This document shows, in pieces, positions 54,793-64,000 of a stretch of DNA of 64,000 nt. Numbering within the stretch: position 1 is the stretch's first letter; every line of letters begins with the position of its first letter. Below the pieces are notes generated by a model, which did not search any database, had not been told where the DNA came from, and saw only the letters and a list, made by a program, of their open reading frames with translations. Origin of the DNA: the human T2T-CHM13v2.0 reference genome, Homo sapiens; the NCBI RefSeq assembly GCF_009914755.1, contig NC_060948.1; one strand, written 5' to 3'. A program made the translations under genes and the position numbers.

Positions 54793-55925
54793 TGATGAGG
54801 CAATTCGAATATGTGTCTCCACCAAATCTCATGTTGAGTTATGCTTCCTAATGTTGGAGGTGGATCCTGGTATAAGGTGATTGAATCATGAAGACAAATT
54901 TCTCATGAGTGGTTCAGCACTATCCCCTTGGTACTCTCCTCACAATCATGAGTGAATTCTCGTGAGATCTGGCCACTGAAAACTCTATATCACTCCCTAA
55001 TCTCCATGATTTCCTCTTGCCATATGAGACAATTCACTCTTTCATTACCTTGCACAATGATTGAAAGATTTCTGAGGCCCCCCAGAAGCAGAAGCACTAA
55101 GCTTCCTGTCCACTCTGCAGAACCGTGAGCCAATTAAACCTCTTTTTCAAAATAAATCTTACCAAAAATGACAAATGAGGACTGGAGCATTGCTATAAAG
55201 ATACCTGAAAATGTGGAAGCAACTTCGGAACTGGGTAATGGGTAGAGGTTGGAAGAGTTTGGAGGGCTCCAAAGAAGACAGACAGATGAGAACATTTTTG
55301 GACCATCTTAGAGACTGGTTAAATGGCTGTGACAAGAATGCTGACAAAAACATGGACAGTGAAGGCCAGGCTGAGGGGCCTCAGATAAAAATAAGAAGGT
55401 TTCTGGAAAATGTCTCCCTTTTGCATATGGAAAGCTTACACAATGCCTGTACCATCATTGTACCTTAGACGCAGTGAACTTGCTTTTTATTTCAGAGACT
55501 CGTAGGCAAAAGAGAATGTAGCCTTGACCCAGATGAGACTTTGGACTTTGTAACTTTGAGTTAATGCTGAAATGAGTTAAGACTTTGGGAGACTGCTGGC
55601 AAGGCATGACTGTATTTTGCAATGTGAGAAGGACATGAGATCTGTGGGGTCAGGGACAGAATAATACAGTTTTTCTCTATGCCCTTTCCAAAGCTCATGT
55701 GAAAGCACACTCCCTAATGTTAGAGTCGGGGCCTAGGTGGAAAAAGGTTTAATCATAAAGGGGTGGGAGTGGATCCTTCACAAATGGCAAAGCACCAAGC
55801 CCTTAATGCCATCCTCCTGATAGTGAGTGAGTTCTCATGAGATCTAGTAGTTTAAAAGGCTGTGGAACCTCTTTTCTCTCTCTGTCTTTTTCCAACTTTT
55901 GCCATATGAAACATGTCATTGCCGC
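54793..55925 (+). mobile_element. MST/THE1-type MaLR element: 5' LTR (~54793-55160), deleted internal region (~55170-55655), partial 3' LTR (~55660-55925)
   Basis: CCAAATCTCATGTTGA, GAACCGTGAGCCAATTAAACCTC. Internal GATACCTGAAAATGTGGAAGCAACTT...GGTTGGAAGAGTTTGGAGGGCTC and GAGTTAATGCTGAAATGAGTTAAGACTTTGGG. Confidence 0.85.
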
Positions 55926-55947
55926 TTGGATTTCCGGTGTGGTTAGG

Positions 55948-56832
55948 AGGGGCCTGATCAGGGTGGGCCTGGTCAGTGGGCCTAGGTCAGTGAGGACTAT
56001 TTAGTGGGATCGTGGTCAGCAGGGGTCTGCTTAGAGAGGGTCTCATTAGTGGCGTCTAGTAGTGGGGGTTTTGGTGAGTGGGGACCTATTGGCTGCCAGT
56101 TGTTTGGTGTCTGCTCAGTGCAAACCTGGGCTGTGGGGCTTGATCAGTGGAGACCTGGTCAGCTGGGGCTTAGGGCTGGCCTGGTCAGCATGGGCTGGGG
56201 CACTGGTGACCAGGTCAAGAGGTGCTATTCAGTGGAGGACTGGGCACATGGGACCTAGTCAGCAGACCCTGGTGGGCGTGTCCTCATCAGTGAGGCCCTT
56301 GTCAGTGGGGCCCTGGTCAGGGCAGCCTTGTCAGCGGGACCTAATCTGTAGTGTCCTGGTCAGAGAGGACTCGGTCAGTGGTGACTTTTGTAGCACTGGT
56401 CTACAGGGTGACCTGGTCAGCGGGGATCTCAGCATTTGGTGCCAGTTCACTGGGGTCTACTCACTAGGGTCCCAGTCAGGGGCATCTGGTGACCTTAGGC
56501 CTGGTTTTTAGGGGCCTGATCAGTGGCAACCTGTTCCCTGGAGGCCTGGTCAGTGGGGCCTCATCTTTGGGGCCAGGGAATGAGGTCATGATCAGTGGAA
56601 CCTGATCAGTGAGGCCTTGTCAATAATGACCTAGTCAGTGAGGACTTGTCAGTAAGGACTTGGTCCGTGAGGCCTTGTCAGTAAGGTCCTGGTCGGTGGA
56701 GTCCTTGTCATTGTGTGCCTGGCAGTGGGGGCTTTGTTAGTGGGGCCTGGTCATGAGGGTCTAATCAGTGAAGGTGTCATCAGGGAGGACCTGATGTGTG
56801 GGGTCTGGTCAGCAGGGACCTGGTCAATGTGG
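55948..56832. repeat. Degenerate ~15-bp G-rich minisatellite, consensus GGCCTGGTCAGTGGG
   Basis: CCTGGTCAGTG, CCTTGTCAGT and CCTGATCAGTG recur with ~15-bp spacing. Confidence 0.85.
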
Positions 56833-57164
56833 GCTGCGGAGCACTGCTTGGATAAGCCAGGTGCAATGTGCATTATTGAAGACCCTGTGGACAGCTGGGA
56901 TAGCCTAGTGATGCCCAAGGGCCTAGTCAAAAGTGGACAAAGCACGTGTTTGGATGGACCTGGGAGATCCTGCTCAGAGATTCTGACAGGACAAAGGTAA
57001 AGGAAGGGCCAGAGTGGCTGCAGAGATAGTCACAGTCTATGGGCTGCACAGGATGAAGTAGGCCAGGGAACAGGCAGGGTGGGCGGTTGGGGTTCAGGGA
57101 GAGGCAGGTACCTGCTGGGAGGTCAGACCCTGTGAGGGCTTTGGGGGCGTCATGTTGGGTAGGC

Positions 57165-60100
57165 TCCAGGCACTCTCACTCACATAGGATTCCAGAACAC
57201 TGCTACAAGGCTCTGAGTGTTTGTCCCTCACATAGGATTCCAGAACACTGCTGCCATTGTCTGAATGTTTGTCCCCCACATAGGATTCCAGAAGCCTGCT
57301 GCTGGAGTCTGAATGTTTGTCCCCCATCTAGGATTCCAGAACACTGCTGCGAGGGTCAGAATGTCTGTCCCTCACACATGATTCTAGAACATTGATGCTA
57401 GGGTCTGTATGTTTGCCCCTAACATATGATTTCAAAACACTGCTCCTGGATTCTGAATGTTGTCCTTCACATAGGAATACAGAACACTGCTGCTGGAGTC
57501 TGGAAGTTTGTCACTCACATAGAATTCCAGAACACTGCTGTGAAGATCTGAATGTTTGACCCTCACATGGGATTCCAGAACACTGCTGTGAGGGTCTAAA
57601 TGTCTGTCCCTCACATAGGTTTCCCTAACAATGTTACGAGGTTCTGAATGTTTGTCCCTAACATAGGATTCCAGAACACTCCTGCTGTGCTCTGAATGCT
57701 TCTCCCTCACATAGGATTCCAGAACACTGCTACGAGGGTCTGAATGCTTATCCCTCACATAGGATTCCAGAACACTCCTGCTGTGGTCCGAATGTTTGTT
57801 CCTCACATAGGATTCCAGAATACTCCTGCCGTGGTCTGAATGTTTGTCCCTCACATAGGATTCCAGAACATTCATGCTGGGGTCTCAATGTTTCCCTTAA
57901 CATAGGATTTCAGAACACTGCTCTTGGGGTCTGAATGTTTGTCACTCACATAGGATTACAGAACACTGCTGCTGTGGTCTGAATGTTTGTCCCTCACATA
58001 GAATTCTGGAACACTGCTACAAGGGTCTGAATGTTTGTCCTTCACATACCATTCCAGAACACTGTTGCCGTGGTCTGAATGTGTGTCCCTCACATAGGAT
58101 TCCAGAACACTGCTACTAGGTTCTGAATGTTTTTCCCACACCTAGGATTCCAGAACACTTCTACTGGTGTCTGAATGGTTGTTCCTCACATATGATTCCA
58201 GGACACTGCTACGAGAGTCTTAATGTTTGTCCTTCACATAGGATTCTAGAACACTGCTCCCATGGTCTGAATGTTTGTCCTTCACATAGCATTCCAGAAC
58301 ACTGCTGCTGGGGTCTGAATGTCTGCCCCTCAAATCAGATTCCAGAACACTGCTGCTGGGTTTTGAATGTCTTTCCCTCACATAGAGTTCCAGAACATGG
58401 CTGGGAGGGTCTGAATGTTTGTCCCTCACATGGGATACCAGAACACTGCTGCGAGGGTCTAAATGTCTCTCCCTCACATAAGATTTCACGACACTGCTAC
58501 GAGGTTCTGAATGTTTGTACCTCACATAGGATTCCAGAGCACTCCTGCTGTGGTCTGAATATTTGTCCCTCACATAGGATTCCAGAACACTGCCACGTGG
58601 GTCTGAATGTTTGCCCTCACATAGGATTCCAGAACACTATTGCTGTGGTCTGAAAGTTTGTCCCTCACATAGGATTCCAGAACACTCCTGCTGTGGTCTG
58701 AAAGTTTGTTCATCACATAGGACTCCAGAACACTGCTAAGAGGGTCTGAATGTCCCTCACATTGTATTCCAGAACACTCCTTCTGTGGTCTGAATGTTTG
58801 TTCCTCACATAGGATTCGAGAACACTCCTGCTGTGGTCTGAATGTTTGTCCCTTACCTAGGATTCGAGAACATTCACACTGGGATATAAATGCTTGCCCT
58901 TAACATAGGATTTCAGAACACTGCTCCTGGGGTCTGAAAGTTTGTCCCTCACATAGGATTCCAGAACTCTCCTGCTGTGGTCTGAAAGTTTGTACCGCAC
59001 ATAGGATTCCAGAACACTGCTGCTGTGGTTGGAAAGTTTTTCTGTCACATAGGATTCCAGAACACTGCAGCTGGGTTCTGAATGTTTGTCCCTCACATAG
59101 GATTTCAGAACACTGCTACGAGTGTCTGATTGTTGGTCCCTCACATAGGATTCCTGAACACTGCTGCTGGGCTCTGAATGTTTGTCTCTCACATTGGATT
59201 GCAGAACACTACTGCTATGGTCTGAACGTTTGTCCATCACATAGGATTCCAGAACGCTCCTGCTGTGGTCTGAATGTTTGTCTGTCACATAGGATTCCAG
59301 AACACTGCCGCTGGGGTCTGAATGTCCCTGACATAGGATTCCAGAACATTGTTATGAGAGTCTGAATGGTTGTCTTTCACATAGCATTCCAGAACACTGC
59401 TACGAGGATCTGAATGTTGGTCCCTCACACAGGATTCCAGAACCCTCCTGCTGGGGTCTGAATGTTTGTCCCTCACAAAGGATTCCAGAACACTGCTATG
59501 AGGGTCTGAATATTTGTCCCTCACATAGGATTCCAGAACACTCCTGCTGTGGTCTGAATGGTTGTCCCTCACAAAGGATTCCAGAACACTCCTGCTGTGA
59601 TCTGAATGGTTGTCCCTCACATAAGATTCTGGAACACTTCTGCCGTGGTACGAATGTTTGTGTCTTACGTAGGATTCCAGAACACTGTTACGAGGGTCTC
59701 AATGTTTGTCCCTCACATAAGATTCCAGAACACTGCTGCTGGGGTCTTGAATGCTTGTCCCTCACATACGATTACAGAACACTGTTGCTGGGGTGTGAAT
59801 GTTTGTCCCTCACATGGGATTCCAGACCACAGCTGCTGGGGTCTCATTGTCTGTCCCTCAAAAAAGGATTCCAGAACACTGTTATGAGGGTCTGAATTTT
59901 TGTTCCTCACTTAAGACTGCAGAACACTGCTTCGAGGGTCTAAATGTCTGTCCTTCACATAGGATTCCAGAACACTGCTACGAGGGTCTGAATGTTTGTC
60001 CTTCACATAGCATTTCAGAACTGCCATGGTCTGAATGGTTGTCCCTCACATAGTATTCCAGAACACTGCTATGAGGGTCTGAATGTTTGTACCTCACATA

Positions 60101-61550
60101 AGATTCCAGAACACTGCTATGAGTGTCTGAAAGTTTGTCCCTCACATAGGATTCCAGAAGACTGCTGCTGGGGTCTGAATGTCTGTCCTTCACATCAGAT
60201 TCCAGAACACTGCTGCTGGGGTTTGAATGTCTGTCCCTCACATAGAATTCCAGAAGACTGCTGGGAGGGTCTGAATGTTTGTCCCTCACATAGGATTCCA
60301 GAACACTGCTACGAGGGTCTGAATGTTTGTCCTTTACATAGGATTCCAGAACACTCCTTCTGGGGTCTGAATGTTTGTCCCTCACATAGGATTCCAGAAC
60401 ACTGCTACGAGGGTCTGAATGTTTTTTAATCACATAGGATTCCAGAACACTTCTACAAGGGTCTGAATGTTTGTCCCTCACATAGGATTCCAGAATACTC
60501 CTGCTATGGTCTTAATGCTTGTCCCTCACATAGGATTCCAGAACATTCATGTTGGGGTCTGAATGTTTGCCCTTATCATAGGATTTCAGAACAGTGCTCC
60601 TGGGGTCTGAATGTTTGTCCTTCATATAGGATTTAAGAACACTCCTGCTTTGGTCTGAAAGTTTGTCCCTCACATAGGATTCCAGAACTCTACTGCTGTG
60701 GTCTGAAAGTTTGTCCTTCACGTGGGATTCCAGAACACTGCTGTTGTGGTTTGAATGTTTGTCCCTCACATAAGATTCCAGAACACTGCTACGAGGGTCT
60801 GAATGTTTGTCCTTCACATAGGATTCCTGAGCATTGTTGCTGTGGTCTGAATGTTTGTCACTAACATAGGATTCCAGAACAGTGCTACGAGGGTCTGAAT
60901 GTTTGTCCCTCACATAGGATTCCAGAACACTTCTGCTGGTGTCTGAATGTTTATACCTCACATAGGACTCGAGAACACTGCTGTTAGGGTCTGAACGTCT
61001 GTCCCTCACATAGGATTCTAGAACACTGCTGCGAGTGTCTGAATGTTTGTCTCGCAGATGGGATTCTAGAACACTGCTGCGAGGGTCTAAATGTCTGTCT
61101 CTGACATAACATTCCAGCACACTGCTACAAGGTTTTGAAATGTTTGTCCCTCACATAGGATTACAGAGCACTCCTGCTGTGGTCTGAATGTTTGTCCCTC
61201 ACATAGGATTCCAGAACACTCCTGCTGTGGTCTGAATGTTTGCCCCTCACATAGGATTCCAGAACATTCCTGCTGTGGTCTGATTGTTCCTCACATAGGA
61301 TTCCAGAACACTGCTACGAGGTTCTGAATTTTTGCCCCTCACATAGGATTGCAGAACACTGCTACAAGGGTTTGAAAGTTTTCCCCTCACATAGGATTCC
61401 ACAACACTACTGCTGGGGTCTGAATGTTTGTCCCCTCACATAGGATTCCTGAGCACTCCTGCTGTGGTCTGAATGTTTTTCCCTCACATAGGATTCCTGA
61501 AGACTGCTGCTGTCACTATAGTCGTTGGGAGTGTCTGAATGTTTGACCTT
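57165..61550 (+). repeat. CER (48-bp, D22Z3-type) satellite array, about 90 monomers
   Basis: Monomer CCCTCACATAGGATTCCAGAACACTGCTGCTGTGGTCTGAATGTTTGT repeated head to tail. Confidence 0.93.
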
Positions 61551-61682
61551 CACCAAACACTAAATATCCTGCCCCTTCAGTCTTGGACTTTCCAGCCTCC
61601 AGATCTGTGAGCAATAATCTCTGTTGTTTATGAATTACTCAGTCTAAAGTATTTTGTTATAGTAGTGTAAAGAGACTAAGAG
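61547..61682 (+). mobile_element. MLT1A-type LTR, 3' third
   Basis: CCTTCACCAAACAC...TCTTGGACTTTCCAGCCTCCAGATCTGTGAGCAATAA...GTATTTTGTTATAG...GACTAAGA. Confidence 0.85.
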
Positions 61683-61699
61683 AGCATCACCTGCCCTGT

Positions 61700-63599
61700 C
61701 ACCTCATCACAGCATTACTAAAGCTATACTAACAGCAGTCACCTTTAGTGGGTGCTTCATGCATGAGAATAAAGGGAAAAAATTGCAAGGCATACTAAAA
61801 TCCAAAAAAAGAAAAAAATACAATTTGTGTCAACAGAGCAAGCTTCAGAAGCAGACAAAGATAAGATTTTGGAATTTTTTTTAAACCTCTGGAGAATATG
61901 CTAAGGGTCTAATGAATGAAGTAGACAGCATTCAAGTGTAGATGGGTAATGTAATCAGAAAGACAGACATCGTAAGAAACTTCAACATAATGTAGTGGTA
62001 AAAAATGTGGTAAATAACTGAAGAATACCTCTGATGGCTTATTAGTAGACTGGACTCAGCTGAGTAAAGAATCTCTGAGCTTGAGGATTTATCATCAGAA
62101 ACTTCGAAAACTAAAGAAAAGAAACACTGAAAATAACAGAAGATGATATCCAAGACTGTGGGACAACTATAAAAGGTGAAACAGAGTAATGAGAATACCA
62201 GGAGGAGAAGAAATAGAAGAAAGTTCTGCAACAACCATGTCTGAGAACTTCCAGTATTAATGTCAGACACCAAACCAAAGATCCAGGAAGCTCAGAGAAC
62301 ACCAGGCAGTATAAATGCCAGCAACCTACACTTGGACATATAATTTTCAAACTATATGAAATAAAAGATAAAGGAAAACTCTGAAAGAAACCAGAGGTGG
62401 GGCAGAAAACACCTTACCTACAGAGACACAAAGATAAGAACTGCATTCAACATTGCAGAAACTGTGAAAGCAAGAAGACAATTAAATGAAAAATTCAAAA
62501 TGTTGACAGAAAAAACCCACCAACCTAAGTTTCTGTACCCACTGAAACCACCTTCAAAAGTGAAGGAGAATTAAGGCCTTCCTCAGAAAAATAAAAATTC
62601 AAGAAACTTGTTGCCAGGAGACCTGTCTTGCAAGAAATGTTAAATGAAATTCTTTAGAGGGAAACAAAAGATATATAACTGAAACCTGGATCAACATTTT
62701 TTAAAAAAGACCATTAAAGAATTGTGGTACAATAAAAACCTATGTATTTATTCTTAATTGATCTGACCAAGAAGTTCATAGACAATAACAAATACACACA
62801 GATAGATTATGTATGCTTATACACAAGTTAAATGAGTAACACTAATACAAGGAATGGAATGGAAGGATGGGAGGGAGGAATTGTGGTACAATAAAAACAT
62901 GTATTTATTCATAATTGATCTGACCAATAAGTTTGTAGATAATAATAAATACACACAGATAGATTATGTATGCTTATACACAAGTGCAATAAGGAACAAT
63001 AATACAAGGAATGGAATGGAAGGATGGGAGGGAGGAATCAGGTGTTTTCTTTGTTAAGCAGGTAGTCACCCGTGAAGTGGGATAGTGTTATCTGAAAGTG
63101 GACTTGAATTGGTTGTAAATGTATATTGAGGAATTAGGTGTGTTCTTTGTTAAGCAGGTAGTCTTATTTGTTGGATAGTGGGGTAGTTTTATTTGAAAAT
63201 GGACTTGAATTTGTTGTAAATGTTACTGAGGAATTAGGTGTTTTGTTTGTTAAGCAGGTAGTCTTATTTGTGGGATAGTGGGATAGTGTTATTTGAAAGT
63301 GGACTTGAATTGGTTGTAAATGTATATTGCAAATTCTGTGGCAACTAGTTAAAAAAAGTTTTAAAAAGAGAAGTACATGCTAAGAAAGACAGGGAAAATG
63401 TAGTCATCTAAAATCATCAATGAAAACTGCAAAAGGCAGAAAAAGAGTGGTAGACAAAAGAATGGAGACTGAGGAGAATGAATAGAAAACAGTGACAAAT
63501 ATAGTAGATATTAATCCAATGATATCAATAATCACTTTGAATGCTAATGGTATGAATGTACCAATTCAAAGATAGAGATTGTCAGAGTCTATCAAAAGA
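61700..63599 (+). mobile_element. L1M (L1MC/L1MD-like) 5'/ORF1 region and spacer, with internal tandem duplications
   Basis: GGCTTATTAGTAGACTGGAC, CCAAGACTGTGGGACAACTATAAAAGG, GATCCAGGAAGCTCAGAGAACACCA, CCTTCAAAAGTGAAGGAGAA, ATCAATAATCACTTTGAATG. Confidence 0.8.
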
Positions 63600-64000
63600 C
63601 AGACACATCTTGTTTCACTGCGCTTTGCTTTATTGTGTTTTGTGACCATGCATTTTACATATTGAAGGTTTGTGGCCACCCTGCAATAAGCAGGTCTCAC
63701 TGGCACCATTGTTCCTACAGCACGTGCTCACTTCATGTCTCTGTGTCACATTTCGGTCATTCTTACAGTATATTAAGCTTTTTATTATTGAATCTGTTAT
63801 AGTGATCTGTAATCAGTGATCTTTAATGCTACTGTTGTCATTGTTTTGGGAACCACAAATCACACCAGGATAAGACAGCAAACAATTGACAAATGTGTTT
63901 GTTCTGACTGCCCCACCAATGGGCCATTTCTCTTTCTCTCTCTTTCTCTCAGGCTTCTTTTTATTAATATTAAAATGTGGCCAATTAATAACCCTACAAT
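63600..64000 (+). mobile_element. Tigger1 5' end; runs off the window
   Basis: TGCGCTTTGCTTTATTG...ATTGAAGGTTTGTGG...GTGCTCACTTCATGTCTCTGTGTCACATTT...CCAATTAATAACCCTACAAT. Confidence 0.88.

Noticed and set aside
57087-61120. Long Cys/His-rich (CPSHRIPEHC) and SSVLESYVRDKHSD repeat ORFs resembling zinc-finger or metal-binding proteins
   Set aside because: They arise because the 48-bp CER monomer is a multiple of three and lacks stops in some frames. They appear on both strands, are often broken, and have no gene structure.
57165-61550. CRISPR-like look of a conserved core (CATAGGATTCCAGAACAC) alternating with variable segments
   Set aside because: The variable parts are homologous to each other rather than unique spacers, there are no cas genes, and the context is primate satellite DNA.
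55660-61682. Idea that the MST 3' LTR and the LTR piece after CER are one LTR split by the satellite
   Set aside because: The distal piece has MLT1A-type sequence (TCTTGGACTTTCCAGCCTCCAGA, GTATTTTGTTATAG), unlike the MST-type 5' LTR of the upstream element, so they appear to be different elements.

Overview
This window is primate (very likely human) nuclear DNA with no intact protein-coding gene. It is a mosaic of the kind found in acrocentric short arms and pericentromeric segmental duplications. In order it holds: an antisense L1 carrying a solo ERV1 LTR; a ~75-bp SATR1/SATR2-type satellite interrupted by a rearranged three-part NUMT (ND3-tRNA-Gly-COX3 inverted, WANCY-COX1, 12S) and an AluY; MLT2, MER33 and Tigger4 remnants; a lone ASNS exon with a stop codon; old L1s; a six-exon unprocessed TEKT4 pseudogene (minus strand) that keeps RFX-like promoter boxes; a 5'-truncated SOWAHC pseudogene; a CpG island with an orphan ANKRD20A exon 1; a scrambled repeat with alternating inverted modules leading into a processed SNX18 pseudogene; a deleted MST (MaLR) element; a ~15-bp minisatellite; a ~4.4-kb 48-bp CER satellite; an L1M with internal tandem duplications; and the start of Tigger1. 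I see no convincing new biological system. The best new hypotheses are that the CER monomer derives from the 5' end of an MLT1A-type LTR, that the SNX18-seeded block is a nascent composite satellite, and that the palindromic SATR monomer promotes orientation switching. Family names and reference comparisons are from memory, not database searches.
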